Assembly (NCBI GenBank): GCA_902775475.1
Contig: CACYME010000005.1
Coordinates: forward strand, 29,642 to 93,641
Reading direction: 5' to 3'
Length of the DNA: 64,000 bases
Source: an uncultured Prevotellaceae bacterium
GTDB taxonomy: Bacteria; Bacteroidota; Bacteroidia; Bacteroidales; Bacteroidaceae
Made by a program: the position numbers and the translations under genes. Positions 18,356-27,710 of this stretch are shown here, one piece after another (the stretch's first letter is position 1; each line of letters begins with the position of its first letter). The notes beneath the pieces were generated by a model. That model did no database searches, was not told the DNA's origin, and saw only the letters and a list, made by a program, of their open reading frames with translations.

Positions 18356-18480
18356 TGAACCATTCTACAAAGAGCAGACGGGGGTTCGTTCGGAGTGGAC
18401 ACCAGCCTCGATTTCGGACTTTTCGCAGCAATTTGCTCACATTTTTATCCCGACAGGCAGAAAATCTCGATTTTTTTATC

Positions 18481-18488
18481 TAATTTTG
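18481..18488 (+). promoter_or_regulatory. -7 promoter box TAATTTTG for argS
   Basis: Matches TAnnTTTG, 29 nt upstream of ATG 18517. Confidence 0.55.
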
Positions 18489-18516
18489 CAGCCGATTATA
18501 ACATTATTAAAGACTC

Positions 18517-20313
18517 ATGAAGATTGAAACACTCATAAGCCAGGCCGCCGCCGAGGCTGTGAAGGTCCTCTACGGTATGGAGGCCACAGAAAAGATGCTG
18601 CAGCTGCAGAAGACGCGTAGCGAGTTTGAAGGAAACCTGACCCTGGTGGTCTTCCCATTCGTGAAGGCTGCCAGGAAATCGCCAGAACAGACGGCGCAGG
18701 AGATAGGCCAATATCTGGTGGAGCATTGTGCCGCCGTGGAGAAGTTCAACGTGGTGAAGGGCTTCCTCAACCTTAGCATCGGCAACGGGGCATGGCTGCA
18801 ACTGCTCGAAGCCATCGACCAGGACGCCAACTTCGGCCGCAAAGCCGTGAACGAAGATTCGCCCCTCGTGATGATTGAATACTCTTCGCCCAACACCAAC
18901 AAGCCGCTCCACCTGGGCCACGTGCGCAACAACCTGCTTGGCTGGAGCCTGGCACAGATCATGGAGGCCAACGGCAACCGTGTGGTGAAGACGAACATCG
19001 TGAACGACCGAGGCATACACATCTGCAAGTCGATGCTCGCCTGGCTGAAGTATGGCAACGGCGAGACGCCGGAGAGCAGCGGCAAGAAGGGCGACCACCT
19101 CATCGGCGACTACTACGTGAGCTTCGACAAGCACTACCGCGAGGAAATCAAGCAGCTCGTGGCCCAGGGCATGGACGAGGAGAAGGCCAAGCAGGAGGCT
19201 CCGCTCATCAAGGAGGCCCACGAGATGCTGGTGAAATGGGAGCAGGGCGACCCCGAGGTGCGCGCACTGTGGGAGAAGATGAACGCATGGGTGTATGCCG
19301 GCTTCGACGAGACCTACAAGAAGATGGGCGTCTCGTTCGACAAGATATACTACGAGAGCCAGACCTACCTGAAGGGTAAGGCCAAGGTGGAGGAGGGGCT
19401 GCAGAAGGGTCTGTTCTTCCGCAAGGACGACGGCTCGGTGTGGGCCGACCTGACGGGCGAGGGACTGGACCAGAAGCTGCTGCTGCGCAGCGACGGCACC
19501 AGCGTCTACATGACGCAGGACATCGGCACCGCCGAGATGCGCTTCCAGGACTACCCCATCGACAAGATGATCTACGTGGTGGGCAACGAGCAGAACTACC
19601 ACTTCCAGGTGCTCAGCATCCTGCTCGACCGTCTCGGCTTCAAGTGGGGCAAGGAGCTGACGCACTTCAGCTACGGCATGGTGGAGCTGCCCAACGGCAA
19701 GATGAAGAGCCGCGAGGGCACCGTCGTTGACGCCGACGACCTGATGGAGCTGATGGTGGAGGATGCCTACAAAACGTCGATGGAGCTGGGCAAGTTCGAC
19801 GATATGACTGAGGAGGAGCGCCGCGAGATAGCCCGCATCGTGGGCATGGGTGCCCTGAAGTATTTCATCCTGAAGGTCGACGCCCGCAAGAACATGCTCT
19901 TTAACCCCGAGGAGAGCATCGACTTCAACGGCAACACAGGGCCCTTCATCCAGTACACGCATGCACGCATCCGCTCAATCCTAAGAAAAAGCGGACTCTC
20001 ACCCTTACCCCTACCTGAGAGGAGGGCGGAACAGGGGGAGAGTCTTCTTCCTAAGGAAATAGAGCTCATCCAGAAGATGAACGAGTTCCCCGCCGCCGTG
20101 GAACAGGCCGGCAAGGACTACTCTCCTTCTGGCATCGCCAACTACTGCTACGAGCTGACAAAGGTCTTCAACCAGTTCTACCACGACTACAGCATCCTCA
20201 ATGAGCCCGATGCCCAGAAGAAGGCCGTCCGCCTCGTCCTGGCCCGCAACGTCGCCAAAATCATCAAGAGCGGCATGAGCCTCCTCGGCATCGAGGTCCC
20301 CGAACGCATGTAG
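18517..20313 (+). CDS. argS: Arginine--tRNA ligase
   Basis: 598 aa with class I HIGH region SSPNTNKPLHLGHVRNN, a KMSK-like GKMKSREG, and the anticodon-binding C-terminus ...ARLVLARNVAKIIKSGMSLLGIEVPERM. Confidence 0.95.
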   Translation: MKIETLISQAAAEAVKVLYGMEATEKMLQLQKTRSEFEGNLTLVVFPFVKAARKSPEQTAQEIGQYLVEHCAAVEKFNVVKGFLNLSIGNGAWLQLLEAIDQDANFGRKAVNEDSPLVMIEYSSPNTNKPLHLGHVRNNLLGWSLAQIMEANGNRVVKTNIVNDRGIHICKSMLAWLKYGNGETPESSGKKGDHLIGDYYVSFDKHYREEIKQLVAQGMDEEKAKQEAPLIKEAHEMLVKWEQGDPEVRALWEKMNAWVYAGFDETYKKMGVSFDKIYYESQTYLKGKAKVEEGLQKGLFFRKDDGSVWADLTGEGLDQKLLLRSDGTSVYMTQDIGTAEMRFQDYPIDKMIYVVGNEQNYHFQVLSILLDRLGFKWGKELTHFSYGMVELPNGKMKSREGTVVDADDLMELMVEDAYKTSMELGKFDDMTEEERREIARIVGMGALKYFILKVDARKNMLFNPEESIDFNGNTGPFIQYTHARIRSILRKSGLSPLPLPERRAEQGESLLPKEIELIQKMNEFPAAVEQAGKDYSPSGIANYCYELTKVFNQFYHDYSILNEPDAQKKAVRLVLARNVAKIIKSGMSLLGIEVPERM

Positions 20314-20356
20314 CTCCTTAACCGTAATATTGCGACTCTGTCGCAATCTCAAAGTC

Positions 20357-20818
20357 ATGCCACAAAACCCTCCTGACTATAGCCACGACACCGTGCTGCC
20401 ACTTCCACCGGAAGTGACAGCCGATGCCTGGGCCGTGGATGCCGCCTGCTCGGGAAACCCGGGGCCGATGGAGTATCAGGCCATCGACCTGCAGACGGGA
20501 TACAGGGTCTTTCACTTCGGCCCCATGAAGGGCACGAACAACATCGGCGAGTTCCTCGCCATCGTCCATGCCCTCGCCCTCTGCTGGCAACATGGCCTAT
20601 ACGCAAAGACCATCTATTCTGACAGCTACAATGCTATTCTCTGGGTGAAGAAGCGCCAGTGCAAGACGAAGCTGGAGCGCACCCCCGAGACGGAGCCGAT
20701 CTACCAGATTATACAGCGCGCAGAAATCTGGCTGCGCACACACGACTATCGCAATCCTATCATCAAATGGGAAACGTCGAAGTGGGGCGAAGTGCCCGCC
20801 GACTTCGGTCGAAAATGA
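20357..20818 (+). CDS. rnhA: Ribonuclease H (type 1)
   Basis: WAVDAACSGNPGPMEYQAIDLQTG...GTNNIGEFLAIVHALALC...IYSDSYNAILWVKKRQCKT. The start is set at ATG 20357. Confidence 0.8.
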   Translation: MPQNPPDYSHDTVLPLPPEVTADAWAVDAACSGNPGPMEYQAIDLQTGYRVFHFGPMKGTNNIGEFLAIVHALALCWQHGLYAKTIYSDSYNAILWVKKRQCKTKLERTPETEPIYQIIQRAEIWLRTHDYRNPIIKWETSKWGEVPADFGRK

Positions 20819-20821
20819 TGA

Positions 20822-20895
20822 GGGTTAAGTGTTGAGAGTTGAGAGACGTTAGACAGGTCGGCAGAACTAACGTCTCTCAACTCTAAACCCTTAAC
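20822..20895. terminator. Long hairpin built from GTTGAGA heptamer words between convergent rnhA and ribD (probable bidirectional terminator / REP-like element)
   Basis: GGGTTAAGTGTTGAGAGTTGAGAGACGTTAG - loop ACAGGTCGGCAGAAC - CTAACGTCTCTCAACTCTAAACCCTTAAC. About 19 bp are perfect next to the loop. The same right-arm unit recurs at 33281 and 33337. Confidence 0.7.
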
Positions 20896-20907
20896 ACAAA
20901 ACAACTT

Positions 20908-21834
20908 TCAACAAGGCAATGGGGCAAAGATGGTGATGGCATTCTGTCCATAGCTGCAGCTGCTCACCACGCGGGCTGGGGCAGGCAGCTGGGGCGCACG
21001 GGTGCCTCCGCTGGCGGTCAGCGCATGGTTCGTCTCCACACGAATCTCGTCCCAAAGACCTTGAATCAGGAAACTCTCAAGCGTCTTGCGGCCTCCCTCG
21101 ACGATGAGCGACTGCACGTTGTGATGATAAAGACTCTCGAGGTTCAGCGGGTGCTGGTGGTCAACGACCAGCCGCTTGGGCGACGGCCCCACCCAGTGGC
21201 GCACGTTCAGCTGCGGATGCTCGCGCTCGTCGGTCACGCGGCCCACAAGGATGGCGTCCTCCTCGGCACGCAGCTTGTGGCTGAGCATCTGCGTGAAGGG
21301 CGACGAGATGGCCAACGCGTGCCCATGATCATCGATGAAGCCATTGGCTGTCTGCGCCCATTTCAAGATGATGTAAGGACGGTGCAGCCGATGGAAGGTG
21401 AAGAAACGGCGGTTCAGCCATCGGCATTCCTCCTCGAGCACGCCCACGGTGACGTCGATGCCGGCATCGCGCAGCTTCTGCACTCCCCTACCCTGCACCT
21501 CGGCAAACTCGTCGATACAGCCCACGACCACACGGCGCACTCCTTTGCTGATGATAAGGTCGGCACAGGGCGGTGTCCTTCCATAGTGCGAACAGGGCTC
21601 CAGCGAGACATACATCGTGGCCTGGCTGAGCAGCGGCTCGTCCTCGGCGCGCACCGAGGCAAAGGCGTTCACCTCCGCATGGCCCTCGCCACAGCGCACG
21701 TGGTAGCCCTCGCCGATGATTCTCCCCTCGGCATTCACGATAACCGCCCCCACCATGGGGTTGGGCTTGGCTGTCTGTCGTCCGTTGGCAGCCAGCTGCA
21801 GGCTGCGGCGCATATATTTTTCGTCTTCACTCAT
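20908..21834 (-). CDS. ribD: Bifunctional riboflavin biosynthesis protein RibD (deaminase/reductase)
   Basis: MSEDEKYMRRSLQLA...NPMVGAVIV...GYHVRCGEGHAEVNAF...SLEPCSHYGRTPPCADLI, then a reductase half. The start is set at the ATG giving MSEDEKYM. Confidence 0.92.
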   Translation of the reverse strand: MSEDEKYMRRSLQLAANGRQTAKPNPMVGAVIVNAEGRIIGEGYHVRCGEGHAEVNAFASVRAEDEPLLSQATMYVSLEPCSHYGRTPPCADLIISKGVRRVVVGCIDEFAEVQGRGVQKLRDAGIDVTVGVLEEECRWLNRRFFTFHRLHRPYIILKWAQTANGFIDDHGHALAISSPFTQMLSHKLRAEEDAILVGRVTDEREHPQLNVRHWVGPSPKRLVVDHQHPLNLESLYHHNVQSLIVEGGRKTLESFLIQGLWDEIRVETNHALTASGGTRAPQLPAPARVVSSCSYGQNAITIFAPLPC

Positions 21835-21865
21835 AAAAAAACTTTGCATTTTGAATAATAATTTG

Positions 21866-21873
21866 TAACTTTG
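21866..21873 (+). promoter_or_regulatory. -7 promoter box TAACTTTG for prmC
   Basis: Matches TAnnTTTG, only 8 nt before ATG 21882, so the leader would be very short. Confidence 0.45.
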
Positions 21874-21881
21874 CATCCGTT

Positions 21882-22727
21882 ATGACCTATATGGAACTGT
21901 GGCACCGACTGACCGCCGTCTATGATGCTGGCGAGGCGAAAGCCGTTGCCCGCATGGTGCTGCAGACGTGCTTCCAGCTGTCGATGACCGACATTCTCAT
22001 CGGCAAAGATACACAATTATCGGCATCCGACCAAGAAGAATTGGAAAAAATATCGCTGCGCCTGCTGCGTGGCGAGCCCGTGCAGTATGTGCTGGGGCGT
22101 GCCGAGTTCGGCGGACGCTGGTTCCGCGTGGAGCCAGGCGTGCTGATTCCCCGCCCCGAGACCTACGAGCTGTGCCAATGGATCATGCGCAGCGAACGGC
22201 GGCGGACGAAGCGCGACCGTCTGCGCATTCTCGACGTGGGCACAGGCAGCGGCTGCATCGCCTGCACGCTGGCCGCCGAGCTGCCGCAGGCCGCAGTAAC
22301 GGCGTGGGACATCAGCGAGCAAGCGCTGATAGTGGCCCGCGACAATGCCGCACGGCTGGGCGTGAAGGTGGCGTTTGAGCGGCAGGACGCCCTCTCCCCG
22401 CCCGATAACCACCAGCACTGGGACGTCATCGTGAGCAATCCGCCCTACGTCTGTGAAAGCGAGAAGGCGCAGATGGCCCGCAACGTGCTCGACCACGAGC
22501 CTGCCGAGGCCCTCTTCGTGCCCGACGACGACCCGCTGCGCTTCTACACCGCCATCGGACGCTATGCCCTGCAGGCGCTGAAGCCTGGCGGCTACGCGCT
22601 CTTCGAAATCAACGCCATGCTGGCCGATGACACGCGCAACGAGCTGCGCCATCTGGGCTTCGGCCACATCAGGCTGATGAAAGACCAGTTCGGCAAGGAC
22701 CGTTTCATCCTTGCTGCCGAACACTAA
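21882..22727 (+). CDS. prmC: Peptide chain release factor N5-glutamine methyltransferase
   Basis: 281 aa with SAM motif ILDVGTGSGCIA and catalytic IVSNPPYV. Confidence 0.9.
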   Translation: MTYMELWHRLTAVYDAGEAKAVARMVLQTCFQLSMTDILIGKDTQLSASDQEELEKISLRLLRGEPVQYVLGRAEFGGRWFRVEPGVLIPRPETYELCQWIMRSERRRTKRDRLRILDVGTGSGCIACTLAAELPQAAVTAWDISEQALIVARDNAARLGVKVAFERQDALSPPDNHQHWDVIVSNPPYVCESEKAQMARNVLDHEPAEALFVPDDDPLRFYTAIGRYALQALKPGGYALFEINAMLADDTRNELRHLGFGHIRLMKDQFGKDRFILAAEH

Positions 22728-22739
22728 ACCATTACAGAC

Positions 22740-23234
22740 ATGCCATACGGAACGAAAAAGGAACTGACAGCCCAGCAAGCCTTCCAGAAGCTGGCTGCCC
22801 TGTGTGCCAAGGGCGAGCACTGCCAGCAGGAGATGCTGGAGAAGATGCGCCAGTGGGGCGTCAGCGAAGAGGAGCAGGCCACGGTGATGGCGCGCCTCGT
22901 CGGCGAGCGTTATGTAGACGACCAGCGCTTCACCCGTGCCTTCGTCAGCGACAAAATCCGGTATAACAAGTGGGGGCGCCGCAAGGTGGAGCAGGCGCTC
23001 TGGCTGAAGCACATCGACAAGGCCATCGTGGCGCAAGTGCTCGACGACATCCCCGACGAGGAATACATCAGCGTGCTGAAGCCCCTGCTGAAGCAGAAAC
23101 ACCGCAGCACCAAGGCCGCGAGCGAGTACGAGCTGACCATGAAGCTCATCAAGTTTGCCATCAGCCGCGGCTTCACCATGGACATCATCAAGCAGTGCAT
23201 CGAAGTGGAGGATGAGGACGAGTTTCTGGACTAA
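22740..23234 (+). CDS. recX: Regulatory protein RecX
   Basis: 164 aa: ALCAKGEHCQQEMLEKMRQWGVSEEEQATVMARLVGERYVDDQRFTRAFVSDKIRYNKWGRRKV. Confidence 0.85.
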   Translation: MPYGTKKELTAQQAFQKLAALCAKGEHCQQEMLEKMRQWGVSEEEQATVMARLVGERYVDDQRFTRAFVSDKIRYNKWGRRKVEQALWLKHIDKAIVAQVLDDIPDEEYISVLKPLLKQKHRSTKAASEYELTMKLIKFAISRGFTMDIIKQCIEVEDEDEFLD

Positions 23235-23910
23235 GCTGCTCGATGTCGTCTCGCCGCGCTGCTGTGTCATCTGCGGCAGCCGCCTCTCGGCTAACGAGCA
23301 GGTGCTCTGTGCATCTTGTCACCTGCACCTGCCGCTCACCCACTACGAGCGGTCACCCCTCGACAACCCGATGGCACGCCTCTTCTGGGGGCAATTCCCC
23401 GTAGAGCGCGCCGCCGCCCTCTTCTTCTACGAGCCGCAATCGGGCGTCAGCCACCTCATCTACGACATGAAATACAACGGCATGTCCGAGATCGCCGAGG
23501 CCATGGGCCAGATTGTAGCCCGCCAGTTTCTTGCCTCAGGCTTCTTCGACGGCATCGAAGCGCTGGTGCCCATGCCCATCACGCGCCTCCGCCAATGGCA
23601 CCGAGGCTACAACCAGAGCATGGAGATAGCCCGTGGCGTGCGGAGCGTCACCGGGCTGCCCATCGTCAGCAAGGCCGTCAGCCGCACGCACTTCAGGCAG
23701 AGTCAGACAACGCAACATGCCTGGGAGCGGCTGCGCAACGTCGACGACGCCTTCCTGCTGAAGGACGCCGACAGCATTGCGGGCCGTCATCTGCTGCTCA
23801 TCGACGACATCGTCACCACCGGGGCCACCATCACCGCCTGCGGCCAGCAACTGGCCAAGGCGCCGCACGTGCGCATCAGCATTCTTTCACTCGGAATTAC
23901 GAAGTATTAG
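23212..23910 (+). CDS. comF: ComF family protein (phosphoribosyltransferase domain)
   Basis: N-terminal zinc finger PRCCVICGSRL...CASCH and PRTase motif HLLLIDDIVTTGATI. The start at ATG 23212 overlaps the recX end by 23 nt. Confidence 0.85.
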   Translation: MRTSFWTKLLDVVSPRCCVICGSRLSANEQVLCASCHLHLPLTHYERSPLDNPMARLFWGQFPVERAAALFFYEPQSGVSHLIYDMKYNGMSEIAEAMGQIVARQFLASGFFDGIEALVPMPITRLRQWHRGYNQSMEIARGVRSVTGLPIVSKAVSRTHFRQSQTTQHAWERLRNVDDAFLLKDADSIAGRHLLLIDDIVTTGATITACGQQLAKAPHVRISILSLGITKY

Positions 23911-23922
23911 TGGCCCACTCCT

Positions 23923-26841
23923 TTAACTCCCTATATTTCTCTCAGTCTTCACCCACTGCAAAGGAGTGGTATTATAAAAACGGCGGAAGACGTGGGTGAA
24001 GTGGGCACTATCCGAGAAGCCGCAACGCTCGGCCACGTCGGCAATTGTCACGTTCGGATAGTCGGCCAGTATCAGGCAGGCCTGCTCCATGCGCCGTCGC
24101 ATGATATACTGTGCCGGCGGTGTGCCCGTCAGGGCCACCAGCTTTCTGCGGAAAGTCGATGGGTGCATGAACAGCTGCGTTGACACATGCTCCAGGTCGG
24201 CCTCACCCTTCGGCATCAGCTCCACGATGATGGCGTCGACCTTCTCCAGGAACTGCTGGTCGAGCGTCGTCGGCAGCACCTCAGCGGCAGGTGCCTGCGG
24301 CTCCGTAGGCTCCTTGGCGCTCATCTGCTGCGAGAACTTCTCGCGCAGCAGTCGCCGCTGCTCCAGCAGCTTCTTCACGCGCACCTTCAGCACCTCTTCC
24401 TCGAAAGGCTTCGTCAGATAGGCATCGGCTCCAGCCTCCAGCCCCTTCACGCGGTCGCCGTCGGCAGCCAGCGCCGTGATGACGATGACGGGCACGTGGC
24501 TCGTCAGCTCGTCGCTGCGCAGCTGTCGGCAGAGTTCCAGTCCGTCGGTGTGCGGCATCATCAGGTCGGTCACGATGATGTCGGGCACCAGCGTGCGGGC
24601 CTTCGCCATGCCATCGGTGCCGTCGGCAGCGTAGCAGACCTCATAGCCCTCCTGGCTGAGCACCTTCCCCACGTAGTAGGCCACGGCCTTGTTGTCTTCC
24701 ACGACGAGCACCCGCTGTCTGCTGGTATCGTCGTCGCCGCTGTCGGTCAGTCTGATGCTGTCGTCGATGCCGACGTCGGCACCATTACTGCTGTCCAATA
24801 CCTCGTCGGCCATGCCTTCCTCAGCCGGTTTGATGTCGGCGATGTCGGTCTGTCGCAGTGGGAGCCTGACGGTGAAGCGCGTTCCCTCGGCCTCGCTGCT
24901 CACGGCGCCGATGGTGCCCTTCATGGCAAGCACGAGCTGCTCCGTCAGCGCCAGTCCGATGCCGGTGCCGTTGGCCATGTCGCCGTCGGAAGCCTGATAG
25001 AACGGCTCGAAGATGTGGGGTAGCACGTCGGGCGCGATGGGCTGGCCCGTATTGCAGACGCTAAGGCGCAGCGCGTCGCCCTCGGCCGTAGCCGTCACCT
25101 CGATGTGTCCGCCTTCGGGCGTATGCTTCAGCGCATTGCCCACCAGGTTGCCCACAATCTTCTGCATGTAGTCGGCCACATAGTCCATCTCCACGATTTT
25201 ATCGTGTTTATAGGAGAATTTTATCCCCCCCATTTTTGCCATGTGGGCGAAGTTTTCAGCCATCATCGTGAGCTGTGGCATCACGTCGCCGTGCACCCAG
25301 CGTGCCATGCCGATGGCCAGTTTCACCTTCGAGATGTCGAGCAGCTGGTTCACCAGCGTCAGCAGCTGCTTGCCCTGCTGTTCAATGATGGCGGCCTCGC
25401 TGGCCACGGTGGCGGTGTCGGCAGCGTGGCCGGCATCTTGCAGCTGTCGGCTCAGCCCCTGGATGACGGTCAGCGGTGTACGGAACTCATGGGTGATGTT
25501 GGTAAAGAACTGTTCGCGTGTGTTCTGTAGCTGCCGCATCGCCTGGTTGGTGCGTTCGCGCAGGCGATTGATATAGAGCAGCACGCCGATGACCGCCAGC
25601 AGCAGAGCACCGATGCCCAGTGCCATGAGCAGAATCTGGCGGTTGCGCCGATGGCTGTCGGCATTGGCCGTCTGCAGCTCGTCGTTGTGCAGCTGTGCAT
25701 TGGCCTGCCCGAGCACCTCGTGCATCTGGGCGTAGTGGATGGAGTCCATCATGCTGGAATAGCGGCGCAGGGCGGCCATGGCCACGCGGGGACTGTCGGG
25801 CTCAAGGGCCTCGGCCAGCGACTTATAGTCGTAGCACACCGACCGCGTGTTGCCCACCTCCTGCTGCAGGGCGATGGCCCGTCTGACGATGGGCACCGCC
25901 TCGGCGTTGCGCTTCATGTCGAGCAGGTTGTAGGCCACATACTCCAGGCTGATGGCCAGCAGGTTACGGTCGATGACAGGCATCTGCTCCACGGTGCTGA
26001 CGGCCTCGCGGGCCATGCGCAGACCGGCCTCGTAGTCACCCTTGCGGTTGTAGGCATAGCTGAGCTGCGCCAAGTGATTGACAACACCCTCGGCATAGCC
26101 AATGTTGCGGGCAGCCTCCACGGCCTGACGGCCATACATGATGGCCGAGTCGGGTACCTTGGCCACGTTGTAGACCTCGCAGGCAATGCCCAGATAGTTG
26201 TGGGTGTTCAGATTGGAGCCCGACTCGCGGTCGGTCTGCAGGGCCTTCTTCACGAAGTGCTTGGCCTCGTCGATACTGTTCAGGCTCAAGTTAATGATGG
26301 CCAGATAGTTGTAGGCCCTGGCCAGCGGCAATAGCAGCTCTTCCTGCTTGGCCAGCCGTTCGGCCTCCATCTCCGCATCCACAGCCTCGGTGTTGTTGCC
26401 AGTCTTGTACAGGCAGTAGCCCTTGTCGCAGAGCAACGTAGCCCTCGTCTCCGCCCTCCCGTGCTGTGTCAGCGGCAGGGCTCGGTCAATCAGGGCGATG
26501 GCCTCGGCAAAGTAGGCATGATTGAAATAGTATCGCTCTGCAGCATACCACACGGCAAGGTCTATCGAGTCGTGCGAAGTGCGCTCGTTGAGGTTCGGCT
26601 TACGGTCGCGAGTCAGGGGGTCGTCGGCCATGCAGCGGTCTATCAGTTTCCTGGCCATAGCAGTCCGCAGGGGTTGGTCTGCCTTCCCGTAGGCCTCCAG
26701 CAGGGAGTCTACTTCGGATGGCGACACGGGATGGGCCTGCCCGATTGCCGGACTGGCAAAGGCCATCAGACACGCCAGCAGGCACACCCATAAGCGTCCG
26801 CCAACACGCGCGAAACAATTAAATAGAAAATTCTTCGCCAT
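23923..26841 (-). CDS. Hybrid sensor histidine kinase / response regulator / AraC-type HTH with an extracytoplasmic TPR sensor region
   Basis: Signal/TM segment, ~380 aa of TPR-like repeats, then TM ILLMALGIGALLLAVIGVLLYI. H-box FFTNITHEFRTPLTVIQG, HATPase GTGIGLALTEQLV, receiver VLVVEDN...DLMMPHTDGLEL...LTKPF, and C-terminal HTH FSDSAHFTHVFRRFYNTTPLQW. Confidence 0.9.
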   Translation of the reverse strand: MAKNFLFNCFARVGGRLWVCLLACLMAFASPAIGQAHPVSPSEVDSLLEAYGKADQPLRTAMARKLIDRCMADDPLTRDRKPNLNERTSHDSIDLAVWYAAERYYFNHAYFAEAIALIDRALPLTQHGRAETRATLLCDKGYCLYKTGNNTEAVDAEMEAERLAKQEELLLPLARAYNYLAIINLSLNSIDEAKHFVKKALQTDRESGSNLNTHNYLGIACEVYNVAKVPDSAIMYGRQAVEAARNIGYAEGVVNHLAQLSYAYNRKGDYEAGLRMAREAVSTVEQMPVIDRNLLAISLEYVAYNLLDMKRNAEAVPIVRRAIALQQEVGNTRSVCYDYKSLAEALEPDSPRVAMAALRRYSSMMDSIHYAQMHEVLGQANAQLHNDELQTANADSHRRNRQILLMALGIGALLLAVIGVLLYINRLRERTNQAMRQLQNTREQFFTNITHEFRTPLTVIQGLSRQLQDAGHAADTATVASEAAIIEQQGKQLLTLVNQLLDISKVKLAIGMARWVHGDVMPQLTMMAENFAHMAKMGGIKFSYKHDKIVEMDYVADYMQKIVGNLVGNALKHTPEGGHIEVTATAEGDALRLSVCNTGQPIAPDVLPHIFEPFYQASDGDMANGTGIGLALTEQLVLAMKGTIGAVSSEAEGTRFTVRLPLRQTDIADIKPAEEGMADEVLDSSNGADVGIDDSIRLTDSGDDDTSRQRVLVVEDNKAVAYYVGKVLSQEGYEVCYAADGTDGMAKARTLVPDIIVTDLMMPHTDGLELCRQLRSDELTSHVPVIVITALAADGDRVKGLEAGADAYLTKPFEEEVLKVRVKKLLEQRRLLREKFSQQMSAKEPTEPQAPAAEVLPTTLDQQFLEKVDAIIVELMPKGEADLEHVSTQLFMHPSTFRRKLVALTGTPPAQYIMRRRMEQACLILADYPNVTIADVAERCGFSDSAHFTHVFRRFYNTTPLQWVKTERNIGS

Positions 26842-26849
26842 AATTTATG

Positions 26850-26857
26850 CAAAGTTA
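26850..26857 (-). promoter_or_regulatory. -7 promoter box TAACTTTG for the hybrid sensor gene
   Basis: Reverse complement of CAAAGTTA, 9 nt upstream of the ATG (cat 26839-26841). Confidence 0.5.
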
Positions 26858-27121
26858 CCAAAACGCTCTCAAACAACCTTGTCTATTTTTTACAAATCTG
26901 CAGTTTGTTAGAGATTCTAAACGAATTTTAATCAATTTTTCACACGTAGGGTCGTTTTGTAGCAACTCCGATGCCAGCGGAAAACATTTAGACATCTGAA
27001 CAAATGAAAGAAATTTTCGTAATTTACACAAGAGCCCACTTGAAACGTACTTTTCGAACGGGGCAGAAAAGGCACGATAAGGTTTCTGTCCTTTTCTGGT
27101 TGGGGGGGGCAGTGTAGCTAT

Positions 27122-27587
27122 GAAGCCTCATTGAAATCTTAAAAATAAATAATTTTAAGGAAATATTGAACACCCGCCCCTCGAAAATACGCGAAAATTT
27201 CGCGCGAGAAAGTTTTTGGCTGAAAAAACGCGAATTTTAAGAGGGCTTTCTAAATGGCTGGTTATCTGATATTTATGATTAATTTGCCAAAATTTTGCGC
27301 TTTTTCGCTTTCAAAAGTCAACGCCTTTTGAAAATTTGGCGTTGACTTTTGAAAATTTGGCGTGCTTAAAAATGAACGAAACAAGGCAAGAAAAGCGAAA
27401 AATGAGGCAAAAAAAGCTGAAAAAGCTGCACAAAACCACCACAAGTGTGCCATTTTCGGCCCTTTCGTCACCTGCTTCCACGCCCATCGCCCATCGAAAA
27501 TCGTCCGAAACGCCCATTTGTCGCTCCAGAATGCTCCTGAATCGTGAACTTTTCATTTAAGGGAATTTAAGGAAATTTTGAACACTC
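27122..27587 (-). repeat. Copy C of the ~0.45 kb AT-rich repeat family; left bracket of the 22-kb cluster
   Basis: Collinear with copy B. The 23-nt end repeats are at 27151-27173 and 27563-27585, and the core hairpin at 27309-27355. It lies between the divergent hybrid sensor and AraC genes. Confidence 0.85.
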
Positions 27588-27612
27588 ACTTAGACAAACA
27601 TCGTATTCTCTT

Positions 27613-27710
27613 AACAACGAATTAAGACGAATGGAACGAATGGCAAGGATTATACGAATTGCACTAATAGCAACGCGCAGCAATTCGTCCAATTCGTTAA
27701 ATTCGTTGTT
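27613..27710. promoter_or_regulatory. ~100-bp palindrome built from ACGAAT / ATTCGT words upstream of the AraC gene
   Basis: AACAACGAATTAAGACGAATGGAACGAATGG..TACGAATTGC - 17 nt - GCAATTCGTCCAATTCGTTAAATTCGTTGTT. The inner 9-bp arms are perfect and the outer 22-nt arms nearly so. Confidence 0.5.

Noticed and set aside
18496-19962. 488-aa ORF on the minus strand
   Set aside because: It lies entirely antisense to argS, which has clear class I synthetase motifs. Its translation is low-complexity L/V/A/H/G-rich, typical of a shadow ORF in GC-rich coding DNA.
19985-20045. Apparent GC-rich palindromic insertion in argS (SPLPLPERRAEQGES; GACTCTC...GAGAGTC)
   Set aside because: This position is a naturally variable linker before the anticodon-binding domain in arginyl-tRNA synthetases. 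The inverted repeat is only 7 bp and the inner symmetry is weak, so this is not convincing as a mobile insertion without an ortholog alignment.
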